Notes: generated by a model not told the origin, from the letters alone. A stretch of DNA of 63,641 nucleotides, filler included, from Octopus bimaculoides (GCF_001194135.2; 6 parts of 6 records of this genome joined end to end with filler, not necessarily neighbours in it); one strand, 5' to 3'. Numbered from the whole stretch's first letter, positions 25,508 to 38,204 are shown. Program-made: numbers and translations.

Positions 25508-26501
25508 AAAGAGTACCCTATCGAGTTTCTCAACTCATTGGAGCCAGCAGGGCTTCCACCTCACATTCTTAGGCTAAGGGTTGGATGCCCAATTATGCTA
25601 ATCGGAAACTTGCTTCCGCCTAAACAGCGCAACGAGACCCGCTTAGTAGTTAAGTCCCTGATGCCCCACTTGATTGAGGCCACCATTGTTACAGAGTGCG
25701 GGAGGGGTGAAAATGTTTTCATTTCAAGGATGCACCTTTATCCCTCGGGGTCAGACATACCATTTCACTTCCGCAGATCGCAGTTCCCGGTGAGACCATG
25801 CTTTGCTATGTCCATCAACAAATCCCAAGGCCAAACACTATCAGTGACAGGCATCCATTTGGGGGAGCCATGCTTTTCACATGAGCAACTTTAGGTGGCC
25901 TGCTCCCATGCGGGTAGTAGAAACGCTCTTTTTGTGTATGCTCCTCAGGGCAGAACACGCAATGTTGTCTATAGCGAAGTTTTATAGAGAAGTTGTCATT
26001 ACAGCCGATGTGGTTATAAACAGTGATCCGGAAGCATTGGCCAGACATATTCTCAAACCATGGCAACATGACTTATGGACTCTTCCTCTTTTTTATTGGA
26101 CAATGCTGAATTCTCCAACAACAATGCTCACTCGGCTGATATCAGTGATTGGCTAAGTTGCTCATAGACGTAACCTAGAGGGACAGGCCCCTTATTTTTT
26201 GGATAAGGCTGTGGTAAGTTTTCCTAAGCTGCTCCAATCCAGATCCCCAATGCAAACCTTCAGATCAACCTTCTCTTATGCAGATCTCTAATGCAACTTA
26301 AAAAAAGCAGTCAATGAGTGGAAATAACCAATAAACTGATTCCTTATGGGATTTCACAATCAAATTGCCAGCAAACCATTTTCAGCCAACCAATTTCAAT
26401 GTATTTCGCTCAAATCTGATGTCAATGTTACTTATTTTGGTTTGAAATAAAGCACTTGATCACTTAATAATCCTAGCTTAATCCCGGGCAACGCCGGGCT
26501 A
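25508..26501 (+). mobile_element. Helitron 3' end: PIF1-type helicase C-terminus plus terminal hairpin
   Basis: EFLNSLEPAGLPPHILRLRVGCPIML...FPVRPCFAMSINKSQGQTL...FSHEQL*VACS; hairpin CCCGG-gcaacg-CCGGG at 26483-26498, with the expected CTRR end lost in the gap. Confidence 0.92.
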
Positions 26502-26512
26502 NNNNNNNNNNA

Positions 26513-26546
<34 letters not shown>

Positions 26547-26699
26547 CGTTTCAGTTTCTGTCTACCAAATCCACTCACAAGGCTTTGGTCTGCCTGAGGC
26601 TATTGTAGAAGACACTTGCCCAAGGTGCCACACAGTGGGACTGAACCCAGAACTATGTGATTGGTAAGCTAGCTACTTATCACACAGCCACTCATAATT

Positions 26700-27060
26700 T
26701 ATTGTGCTTGAGAAGACAAGCTAAGTGAAATCATAGTCATGGTTAGTGCCAATGACATGTAAAAGGCACCCATGCTGGTGACAAGTTAAAAGGCATCTGT
26801 GCTGGTGACATGTGAAAGCATCCGTACCAGTGACACTTAAAAATCACCCATGCCAGTGACATGTAAAAGGCAATCATGCCGGTGAAATGTGAAAAGCACT
26901 CATACACTCCATGGAGTGGTTGGCATTAGAAAGGGCATCCAGCTATAGAAAACCAAGCCAGAACACACTGGAGTCAGGTGCAGCTCTTCTGCTTACCAGT
27001 TTCAGTCAAACTGCCTAACCCATGCCAACATGAAAAACGGATGTTAAATGATGATGAGAC
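26700..27060 (+). mobile_element. RTE-LINE-type 3' UTR with about 25-bp minisatellite and (GAT)n tail
   Basis: Repeated gtgacatgtaaaaggcacccatgc units, then ggagtggttggcattagaaagggcatccagc...ggatgttaaatgatgatga; similar copy at 28255-28622. Confidence 0.7.
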
Positions 27061-27449
27061 AGACAAAGAGGTAGACAGGCAGACAGATGGATATAGATAT
27101 AGAGATCTCTGTGTATGTGTGTCAGTATGTTTGTATAGCACAATTATTGTTTTAACATCCACATTTCCATGCTCACATGAGTCAGATGAAATTTGTTGAG
27201 GCAGATTTTCTATGGAAAGACACCCTGCCTATTGCCAGCACTCATCTGTTTCCAAGTAAGGTAATATTCTCCCATTACAAGACATATTTTTACAGAAGGT
27301 TGAAAATGAAGTACACTGCTTGCATGTTGGTCACACTTGTTTACAGCTATCATGCAAAGTCAAGGCAAGGAGACACACACATGCATGCACACACACACTT
27401 AGGTTTTTGCTAAATTAACCATAACAATAAATATTTAATGACTACTCAC

Positions 27450-27656
27450 CACTCCGTTTCTGTACAGGATGTTTGTAGGAATCCATTGGAAGGAAAACTG
27501 TTTCACTTCTGAGGGTTGTTAAAGTGGAAGAACTCAGAGGAATTATCCGGATCTCTGAGAGTTTTGTAAAGATGTCTTCATTGTTACCCATTTCATCCAA
27601 GCTGCGATAGACACAGGCAAGCCACTGAGCAATTCGTGCAATCTGCTCACTATTGA
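27450..27656 (-). CDS. NOV-like: NO VEIN/sacsin-related protein, internal exon (last found)
   Basis: ttgtgttcag acceptor and gtgagt donor; 207 nt, phase 1-1; (V)NSEQIARIAQWLACVYRSLDEMGNNEDIFTKLSEIRIIPLSSSTLTTLRSETVFLPMDSYKHPVQKRS; in frame with the preceding exon. Confidence 0.88.
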
Positions 27657-29230
27657 CTGAACACAAAATAGTTTCAATTATTACACAAAATATGAAAAAA
27701 TTAGGTAGTTGTATTTTCGGTGTTTTTGCTATTTTAAACCACTCTGTATGGTTGCTAATGGGGAAAGGTTTGTAAATGTGAACATTAGCATATTGTTGGA
27801 GGAAGAAATTTTATGGTGGATGCTTTTCCTATAAGTCAGCAATGAAATAGGAGTGGAATCTGTTCTCAGTAAGGTGGTACACTTCTCTTCTTCAACATCT
27901 TAATTCTCTCTTATACACTGTTTTGCAATGTGTCCCTAATGCTGTAGAACATTGGCAAAACCTCTTCCTTTCTACTTCTCTCGTTGCTAAAATATACATG
28001 TATAGCTTCGTTTCCAGCTACTTAATGTAATTCTCTGTTACATTCATTCCTCCAGTCCTCTTCTGTACAATAATAATGATTTGCAACATAAACAATAAGC
28101 TAAACATAGTGAGGGTATGTGGGGGTGTATCTACAGCAGAAGGACCTACTGTACTTGTCATACTTCTGAAAAAATTGCATCAGTTTATCATAAATAAGCT
28201 AGTTATGTTTATTCATTTTTTTATAAATATTGTACTGGTTTTAAAAACTCCATATTCGTGACGGATACTGGTGTCATGCCTATGGCACCCATTGTAGGTG
28301 GCACGTAAAAGCACCTTTTGAGTGTTAGGCCTCACGGAGGCAATGAGCAAGTCCATTTGGCATTATGTCATGCTTTGCTTGAGAAGACCCATCAAGCCAA
28401 GTAAAAGTGCATTCGTGGCAGGTACTGGTGTCATACAAATGGCACCCATGCCGGTGACATATAAAAGCACCAATTACACTCTTGGAGTGGTTGGAAGGGC
28501 ATCCAGCTGTAGAAACCATGCCAAAATAGACTAGATTCTGGTGCAGCCTTCCAACTTGCCAGCCCTGGTCAAACCATCCAATCCATGCCAGCATTGACAA
28601 TGGACGTTAAATGATGATGATAATGAGGATTTCAATTTAAAAACGTTTTTATTTAATTAATTATGTATCAATTTTTTAAAAAATCATTAAGTTTTGTATT
28701 TTTACATTGATGACTGCGTGGAGTTTAATAATATACATATATTAATGGAATCAGATACAGTAAAACAAATGCTAGTAGCATGTACTCCATTAAAGTGTAT
28801 TTTTTAATTTTGACAAAAATCTTGGTATGAAGAAGAAAAAAAAGTAGGATATCAAACACCAAGGCTACTCCACCTTCTCCATGCATATGATCCTGAACAC
28901 AGAAAAATTTATAAATTTCTACATGAACAAAAATTTATATACAAGTTGAAAAAAAATCTCAAACTCATGCATGACAAGTTGCTAGACACTTTTACTTACA
29001 TCAACAAAAAGTCAAAGGAAAGACTTTGAAAACATTAAGCAGTCAAAAAGTGGTATACTCAATAAGAATAAGTTCATACTAAAAGTGCTTGAGCACACAA
29101 AGACCAGTAATTTTAACATTCAAATTAAATTATTTCATTTTATTGCAAATAATAACTCATTGTTAATCAAGGGGAAATATTTCAGTATACAAATGTCTAT
29201 GCTTTTAAATTTTGAAGTGGAAATACTCAC

Positions 29231-29470
29231 CTGTTGTGCTGTGATAAAAGTCACTGGCTAAACCTTCTCCAATCTTCAACAGGTGGGCTGTTTTTATTTT
29301 CTCAATACCCAGACTGTTAGTAGTACTTATATTAAGTATGTTAGCAAGATCTGGATGCAAATAACATAGGTTTAAAATCTCTTGAAGTTTTTGTGGAGGA
29401 GCCACTTTCATTGTCAGTGAGTCTTGACCAAGTAGTGTCTGAGAAGGAATTTTCCATTGAATGTTACCAC
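29231..29470 (-). CDS. NOV-like: NO VEIN/sacsin-related protein, internal exon
   Basis: tatttttag acceptor and gtgagt donor; 240 nt, phase 1-1; GNIQWKIPSQTLLGQDSLTMKVAPPQKLQEILNLCYLHPDLANILNISTTNSLGIEKIKTAHLLKIGEGLASDFYHSTT. Confidence 0.9.
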
Positions 29471-29639
29471 CTAAAAATACAATATATCAGATGTAAAAGG
29501 GAAAATATATTTATTATGGGTATATAGTTGTGCAGTTGAGAAGTTCACTTCCCAACCAAGTGGTGTTGGGTTCAGTCCCACTCCATAGCACCTTAGGCAA
29601 GTGTCTTCTACGACAGCCCTATACAAATCCAAGCCTTGT

Positions 29640-29687
<48 letters not shown>

Positions 29688-30533
29688 ATGTAGTGTGTGT
29701 ATGTGCGTATGTATGGTGTGTGTGTATACATATCTATTGTAAACAACAGCTTGTATGAAAGTGTAGTGGGTTTTGTTGTGAATTTCTCCAGTCAACAAAT
29801 CATCTGGCCACTTCATGCCTTCAAAGCCATGTAAAATAAAAGATCCCTTACTTGTAGAACAGGTAAGTATGAGCATCAGGAAGAGTATCAATCTGTAAAA
29901 CAATAGCTCAAATAATGTTTTTGTCTGAAACTCAAGTCAGTAATTTCTAGGAAAATCCTAGAAAAAATTAATGTCAAATCACATCAAACTGATTTTCAGA
30001 AAGTACTGCAAAGACAGCTCTTCCTTTAATGGATAAGATTTTGTACAATATACCATACCTGTTTTATTTCTGTTATCTTAATCTGAACTATTTATCTCAT
30101 TCTAGATCAGTCTGAAACTATTCTGGAGCAGTATTATAGTGGGACACATAGTGTAAAATAATCCAAATGCATATAAGTATTTTTGTTGATACGTTCAATT
30201 GATTTGACTTGGTCTTTCATTCTTTCACTATTGACTATAAGTACCAGCAATGCACTGATATCAATTCAATTGACTATATTCCCAGCTATTACAAAATGTA
30301 ACTTTGCATCTAATAAGGAAAAGCTCAAGAAACTATGGTACTAAATAAACCATACAGAATACCTTTATCAGATGGAGCAATCAGATGGAGCAATCAGATA
30401 TCTGTTTGCTGTTCCTAATTACATAACAGACTACCATTGGGCTGGAACAGACTAAGTTTAGGAGTGTAGGATTAGGCAGCAGTGGTGGCCACTACCACCA
30501 CTACATTTTGTTAGGACACAAAACAATCCTTAC

Positions 30534-30693
30534 CTTCTGTTAATGGTTGACAAGGAATGCATGGTTTACTTTTCAGTTTTTTCTGAATATGTGTTGCAAT
30601 TGGTTTAAAGAAGTCAAGCACTTCATCCTCCTCTGGTACAAATTGTAAATAAGAAGCAACTGCCATCACAGGTGAAGTGAAGTGTGGATGAGC
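30534..30693 (-). CDS. NOV-like: NO VEIN/sacsin-related protein, internal exon
   Basis: ttttctag acceptor and gtaagg donor; 160 nt, phase 0-1; AHPHFTSPVMAVASYLQFVPEEDEVLDFFKPIATHIQKKLKSKPCIPCQPLTE. Missed by the ORF track. Confidence 0.9.
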
Positions 30694-30880
30694 CTAGAAA
30701 ATAGAAAGCAGAATATTTAACATTTTAATAACAGAATGATAAAGTGTGTGTGTGTGTGGNNNNNNNNNNNNNNNNNNNNGGGGGGGGGGGGGTTGATGAT
30801 AGTGTGCAGGATACAAGCCACATAATAGAATTAATTAGAAATACAGAAAATATATTTGGCATCCTAAGCTTTAGAAAACA

Positions 30881-32290
30881 CATCATCATCATCATCGTTT
30901 AACGTCCAATTTCCATGCTAGCATGGGTTGGACGATTTGACTGAGGACTGGTGAACCAGATGGCTACACCAGGCTCCAATCTGATTTGGCAGAGTTTCTA
31001 CAGCTGGATGCCCTTCCTAATGCCAACCACTCCGAGAGTGTAGTGAGTGCTTTTACATGCCACCGGCATGAAGGCTAGTCAGGCGGTACTGGCAACGGCC
31101 ACGCTTAAAATGGTGTATTTTACATGCCACCTGCACAGTCCAGCAGCACTAGCAATGATCTCACTCGAACAGCTTTTCACGTGCCACCGGCACAAGTGCC
31201 AGGAAGGAGATGCTGGTAACGATCACGATCGAACGGTGCTCTTAGCGCTCCACTGGTACAGGTGCCATCACGATTTCACTTTCGTTTGCCCCAACAGGTC
31301 TTCACAAGTCGAGTTTAGGGGGCCAGTCGTTGAATTTAGTTTGATTTCGATTTCACTTGCCTCAACAGGTCTTCGCAAGTGGAGTTTAGTGACCAATGAA
31401 GGAAAAGTACGCATAAGTGGGATGGCTACATCCCTGGCAGAGGCCTTGGATTTAGGTCTCACTTAGCTTGTTGGGTCTTCTCACCCACAGCATATTTCCA
31501 AAGGTCTCAGTCTGAAGTCATTGCCTTGGTGAGGCCCAATGTTTGGAGGTCGCGCTTCACCACCTCATCCCAGGTCTTCCTGGACCTGCCTCTTCCACAG
31601 GTTCCCTCAACCGCTAAGGTGTGGCACTTTTTCACGCAGCTATCCTCATCCATTCTCGCCACGTGACCATACCAGCGCAATCGTCTCTCTTGTACACAAC
31701 TGATGCTTCTTAGGTTCAACGTTTCTCTCAAGGTACATACACTCTGTCAAGTATGCACACTAACATTACACATCCATCGGAGAATACTGGCTTCATTTCT
31801 TGTGAGCTTACGCATGTCCTCAGCAGTCACAGCCCATGTTTCACTGCTATATAGCATGGCTGTTCGTACACATGCGTCATACAGTCTGCCTTTTACTCTG
31901 AGCGAGAGGCCCTTTGTCACCAGCAGAGGTAGGAGCTCTCTGAACTTTGCCCAAGCTATTCTTATTCTAGCAGCTACACTTTCAGTGCCCCCTCCCCTGC
32001 TACTAACTTGGTCACCTAGATAATGGAAGCTATCAACTACTTCTGGTTTTTCTCCCTGGAATGTGGCAAAAGTTGTTTTCTGCACATTTTCAGTGTTTAT
32101 TGCTCTTGAACATCTNNNNNNNNNNNNNNNNNNNNNNNNNNNNNNNNNNNNNNNNNNNNNNNNNNNNNNNNNNNNNNNNNNNNNNNNNNNNNNNNNNNNN
32201 NNNNTGGGTACATCTTATAGAGTTTCTACTTACACCTTTTCTACAGATTGAGCAGGGCCATCTACCTGAAGGGGTTTATGTTTTTTCTAC
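30881..32290 (-). mobile_element. RTE-clade LINE, 3' part (end of RT, C-terminus, 3' UTR, (GAT)n tail)
   Basis: FHYLGDQVSSRGG...ARIRIAWAKFRELLPLL...RLYDACVRTAMLYSSETW and RRLRWYGHVARM...GRGRSRKTW; tail at about 30881-30896. Confidence 0.92.
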
Positions 32291-32469
32291 CTTCGACAAA
32301 ATCACACAATCATTTGGGAAAAGTACATAATTTTCTCGATCACCTCATCAGTGGTTTTTGACAAAAACAACAAAGTATATTAAATTTGCTCAATCCCTGT
32401 TATGCAAATTCCCTTTGACATCAATAAGGCAGAAAACAAGGTGATAAAATGAAAAGTATTAAGAAAGAC

Positions 32470-33642
32470 AGATCTATTCCATCTCAATCACAGATTTTTT
32501 TAATTAATTTTTTTTAACTAAACAGTTTGAAACTTCGAATACTGGTAGAATTTCTCATGTAGAACATGGTTTACTCTGAACGCTTTGGACAAAATTTCCT
32601 ATTTTAGAAGTTATTTCATGTTAAAGTTGTCATATTTGGGTAATTTCAACCAATCAATGACGTGTATTCGGTTGAAGAAAGCCACTGCTGTTTGCAATAG
32701 TAACCGAAGAGGAACAACTTCTGAGTTATTTCTACTAAATGTCACCACTCTGTTCTATTCATCACCTTTATCTTTCCTTCCTTTCTAGTCAGCACCATGC
32801 ATTCCTTACTCTTTCCCTCCTTTATACACTATCAACTAGCAACCAGCAAGTGAACTTGTCACTGCCACTACAATTACCATATTTTCTGGTATTTGTTTTG
32901 TTTTATGATCATGTTTCGATAATGCTATTTTTAATCTAATAAAGACTTTTATGTTTATTTCTCTATTGCCCACAGGGGGCTAAACATAGAGGGGACAAAC
33001 AAGGACAGACAAAGGGATTAAGTCGATTACATCGACCTCAGTGCATAACTGATACTTATTTATTTACCCCGAAAGGCTGAAAGGCAAAGTCAACCTTGGT
33101 GGAATTAGAACTCAGAACGTATCGGCAGATGAAATACCACTAAGCATTTCACCCAGTGTGCTAACATTTCTGCCAGCTCGCTGCCTTAATAAAGACTTTT
33201 ATATTGATGGAATGTGTTTGTTGTTGATTATAGTAAGATAAAATCATGACAATAACAATACATCTCATAGTTGTAAAATAAGGCATTTTGAAACTACATA
33301 TACGTCAACAACAAAAAAGCTAGCTGCTGACTCGTTGCTCTATGGTGTTGATTCTTCAAACAGAGTGGTGACATTTAGTAGAGATGACCCAGAAGTTGTT
33401 CCTCTTCAATTACTATCGCAAACAGCAGCAGCTTTCTTCAACTGAATACACGTCATTGATTGGTTGAAATTACCCAAATACAACAACTTTAACACGAAAT
33501 AACTTCTAAAATGGGAAATTTTGTCAAAAACGTTCATAGTAATTTGTGTTCTACGTGAGAAATTCTACCAGTATTCGAAGTTTCAAACTGTTTAGTTAAC
33601 AAAAATTAATTTTAAAATCTGTGATTGAGATGGAATAGATCC
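32470..33642. mobile_element. Non-autonomous DNA transposon with about 280-bp terminal inverted repeats and an 8-bp TSD
   Basis: 32471-32752 is the reverse complement of 33361-33641; ends (A/G)GATCTATTCCATCTC; AGAAAGAC directly repeated at 32462-32469 and 33643-33650. Confidence 0.85.
32953..33186 (-). mobile_element. SINE family B inserted in the MITE, 16-bp TSD, CpG-decayed
   Basis: TAATAAAGACTTTTAT at 32937-32952 and 33187-33202. Confidence 0.92.
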
Positions 33643-35111
33643 AGAAAGACTAAATAGAAGATAAAAAGGTTGATACATGGAACAAGCTGCACTCTCTATT
33701 ATATATTTAGGCAAATACAGATATACACTTGTATATACAACCATTCATATATATATATACACACACACAATAAAGATGAGAGAAGGTGGGAAGGATAAGA
33801 GCCAATCTCAAAACAATGTAGACTCAATGGTGAGAATAACAATAGCAACAGTCACAATAACAAGAATACCAGCTCCAACAACAATGACAATACTAATAGT
33901 AGCAAGAATATTAACTATTGTATAAACAGTGACTGTCATATATCAGAAGTGAGGATGTTAGTGATCACTTCCTTTCATAGATCTAAAATATCAGCTTCAA
34001 ATAACTCACTTTCAGGTAGACAGGCAAAATGGTGTTTGTCATTCTCATACCCTTTTACTCACAAACGAGGGTACCACTGGCACTGACAACAATGAAAGAA
34101 CTGTCACAAATATTGTTGCTATTATTGCCATAACTACTACATTATAATCACCATGCAGCAAACACTCATAAGACAGCTTCTCTGAAATTACCTGCTTCCT
34201 ATGCAAGAACTCTTCTCACAATGTCGCTCCATACATTATTTTCTTGTGCAATTAAACTCAATATACTTTCATTTTCTAGTCTGCTATATTTGAAACAAAT
34301 GACCTAATTCATTTCCAGTGAATTTCAGTAGTTATAATTCACATTGATCTTATACTTGACTAGTTTTCAGAAAATCATACTTATAAGTAAACTTTACTGC
34401 TGACTTATTTTGCAGTTAGTCCTCATGAAATCTTTCCAACTTGAGTAAAATAATCACTTAGTTGTAGATGCCTACATGGAATGATTTTACCAAGGGTCAG
34501 ACTGGTCCAACCAATTAACACATGCAGACATAATTAGAATCAAGCTCTATATCCAATGACTTGGTTGATAGAAATGATGGAAGACTCAGTTTTGAAGCTG
34601 AGTATTGGAGAAGCTTTCTTTTGCTTTCACCATGGTATTAAGAAGGCATCATTTTAGCAATTCTATCTGACAAAACATCTATTAATTATATATACTGTGT
34701 TCCTGTTGCTTATGAAGTGAATGCAGCTCATTGGGAGTACTGTTTTACACTTGAGGAATTGAGCCAGCAGGAGTTGTTTTGGACAGACTCATTATAGTAC
34801 ACTAATTGTCAACCCTTCAGTTATTAGCCCAATATTCCATTCAGTTGCTTTTACAGTTACTGTAGATTGTTGTTCAGTGTTTGCAGGGATTCCAGGATAA
34901 TATTTTCCAACCATAATCATGTGTTGATGAAACAAAACCAAAAAATGGAAGTTTAAAATATTACTGTGATTAGGTATCAATAGTAGTGCTTGTATATTAT
35001 AATTTTCTTACATGCCTGGATATGTATATTTAAGTATGAGAGACAGAGTGAGAGAAAGTTCCAAACAATCTATTTGCTGACACAGCTTTTCTACAAAATC
35101 TGAAACCTTAC

Positions 35112-35224
35112 CTTGAATTTTTCCAGAGCATCTAAAAATAGTGATGGTATCTCACTACTGAGCCACTGGTTCCACAAACTGTCAGAATCAACAGATTCTC
35201 TATTGGATGGCAAGTCAAAATCAC
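35112..35224 (-). CDS. NOV-like: NO VEIN/sacsin-related protein, internal exon (first found)
   Basis: ttcttttttgtag acceptor and gtaagg donor; 113 nt, phase 1-0; (G)DFDLPSNRESVDSDSLWNQWLSSEIPSLFLDALEKFK matches the DF..PSSRE.V....WNQWL motif recalled from NO VEIN-family proteins. Missed by the ORF track. Confidence 0.9.
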
Positions 35225-35390
35225 CTACAAAAAAGAAATAAAACTACAATGCAAGTTGTTTCTGAGTTAAATTTGATCCCCATTTATTATGCAATCACAA
35301 AACTAAAAATACCAAATTTTACAATATTCATTTAAGAAAATTTACAATCCAGAAATATCATTTAGCTTGTATTGTTACTGGAATATGTCT

Positions 35391-35432
<42 letters not shown>

Positions 35433-35532
35433 NNNNNNNNNNNNNNNNNNNNNNNNNNNNNNNNNNNNNNNNNNNNTTAATTAATTAANNNNNNNNNNNN
35501 NNNNNNNNNNNNNNNNNNNNNNNNNNNNNNNN

Positions 35533-35586
<54 letters not shown>

Positions 35587-36742
35587 TATATATATATATA
35601 TACACACACACACGTTCTTGTTTACCTATGTAGACATATTTATAAGTAGGTAAATGGATATGTAGGTAAATATGTTGATAGATAGGTAGATAGGTAATAT
35701 GGACAGATAAGCACACATACACGCATACATACACAAAAGAAGACTGAAACACATAATCATATACACACATGCACACTTCACACACGCACACTCAAAAACA
35801 TACATGGAGTCATACATACATATATGCATACATACATACATGTATACACTTGCACACCGATGCACACACATGTGCACAAACAAACAAATAGAATGCAGCT
35901 CTGATAACAGACAGAGTCAATGATCATTGAAGAAGTCACAAGAAGCAACGAAAATTTAAAAAAAATAAATGAGTGGAAATCAAACTGGTGAATGTGTTAA
36001 TTGATAAGGTATTAAAACAAAATGACTTTCCCCAGACATAATGGTTATAATAANNNNNNNNNNTTTTTATAAAAGTGAAAGGATTTTGTCTATTTATTTC
36101 CACTGTCCACCAGTGATGGTGATTAAACTGACTAGGAACACTGAACGCATACATTCCCACAATCCTCGTTCCAAGGATGATCATGCACTAAGCTTATTTA
36201 CCCATCCATTATGATATTTCAACTGTTTTCCATTGTTTCAAATATGTTTTAGCATTGTTGTTCTAACCTTTTTTAAACAATGACATATTTGTCCCAAAGA
36301 ATCAACCTTTAAATGAGAGTTTTGCTTCCATTAGCTTTCAGAAAGCATATCTTTCAGAAAGCTCCATACCAATTTAACTTTATGCAGCATTCACTGTTAG
36401 TTTATATGCAGGCTATGCTGGAAGACAGAATAAAGGGACTTTTGTTAGCTTATCTCTCTGAAAAAAATAGCTCCTTTTGCTGTTGAAAAAAAGCAAAGTC
36501 ACAGAATACATACATACAAACGTATGTATGTATTCTGCATATGTATTTGTGTGTTCATGTTTGTGTGTGTGTGTACCTCTGTCTCCTTGTGTGTGCATGT
36601 TTGAGTGTATGCATATGGTCATGTGCTTCAGTCTTCTTTTGTGTATGTATGTATGTTTTTGAGTGTGTGTGTGAAGTGTGCATGTGTGTATATGATTATG
36701 TGTTTCAGTCTTCTTTTGTGTATGTATGTATGTATGTATGTA

Positions 36743-36799
<57 letters not shown>

Positions 36800-38119
36800 N
36801 NNNNNNNNNNNNNNNNNNNNNNNNNNNNNNNNNNNNNNNNNNNNNNNNNNNNNNNNNNNNNNNNNNNNNNNNNNNNNNNNNNNNNNNNNNNNNNNNNNNN
36901 NNNNNNNNNNNNNNNNNNNNNNNNNNNNNNNNNNNNNNNNNNNNNNNNNNNNNNNNNNNNNNNNNNNNNNNNNNNNNNNNNNNNNNNNNNNNNNNNNNNN
37001 NNNNNNNNNNNNNNNNNNNNNNNNNNNNNNNNNNNNNNNNNNNNNNNNNNNNNNNNNNNNNNNNNNNNNNNNNNNNNNNNNNNNNNNNNNNNNNNNNNNN
37101 NNNNNNNNNNNNNNNNNNNNNNNNNNNNNNNNNNNNNNNNNNNNNNNNNNNNNNNNNNNNNNNNNNNNNNNNNNNNNNNNNNNNNNNNNNNNNNNNNNNN
37201 NNNNNNNNNNNNNNNNNNNNNNNNNNNNNNNNNNNNNNNNNNNNNNNNNNNNNNNNNNNNNNNNNNNNNNNNNNNNNNNNNNNNNNNNNNNNNNNNNNNN
37301 NNNNNNNNNNNNNNNNNNNNNNNNNNNNNNNNNNNNNNNNNNNNNNNNNNNNNNNNNNNNNNNNNNNNNNNNNNNNNNNNNNNNNNNNNNNNNNNNNNNN
37401 NNNNNNNNNNNNNNNNNNNNNNNNNNNNNNNNNNNNNNNNNNNNNNNNNNNNNNNNNNNNNNNNNNNNNNNNNNNNNNNNNNNNNNNNNNNNNNNNNNNN
37501 NNNNNNNATATATATTGGACGTACTTGTACGAGGGAAGTAAAAGACATTTTTCAAATAATAAAATAAATTTTTTTTTTTAATTTTAAAAAATATTTTAAT
37601 TGTCTGATAAAACTTTTTTAGTCAGTGGACATTTATTTTATTTTTACCTTTACTTACTTTATATTTGTCTATTAGGTCTTTTGGTAGTTTTTGAATTTTT
37701 AGCTGTTTATATTTAACTTTTTGATAGGTTATTCTATTTGTATTTTATTTGATTATATATTTTAACCTTCTGTGATTTTATGTGTATGTATTATTTTTTA
37801 TGTGTTTGAGAACCATGGTGATTTTTATATATGGTTAAATGTTTGAGCGGTGGTGTTGTATGTAAAGTCGTTGACGCAAATTTAATGTTTGTTCTATAAC
37901 CAATGCTTCTTTACATATATATATATATATTTGTATATTTAAATCTCTACCAAATATTTTGGTAAAATATTGTACATGTTATCAAAGTAGCAAAATTCTC
38001 ACTTGAAAAGTTGTTTATACTTTGTTAAAATATAAAGACTTTCAAATATGTGATACAATTTTGGGTGCATATCAATTTAAATAAGAGCCATGACACAATC
38101 CTATATTAAAACTTGTTTA

Positions 38120-38204
38120 TTATCCTATGCACATTTCAATGCAAGATCCCGACTCACTCTTGTCTGAGATAAGAAAATAGGGCCTTGCATCTCTTCAGGG
38201 CCAA
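38120..38204 (-). ncRNA. Type I hammerhead ribozyme candidate in the 3' repeat (sense to the element ORF)
   Basis: Minus strand: TTGGCC-CTGAAGA-GATGCAAG...CTTGCATT-GAAA-TG.TG.CAT-A-GGATAA. Helix II is 8 bp, helix III is ATG/CAT, the triplet is AUA, and helix I has one mismatch. Confidence 0.7.

Noticed and set aside
26750-26905. Regularly spaced short repeats suggesting CRISPR
   Set aside because: Units are tandem and degenerate with no unique spacers, lie within a LINE 3' UTR, and there are no cas genes; the context is eukaryotic.
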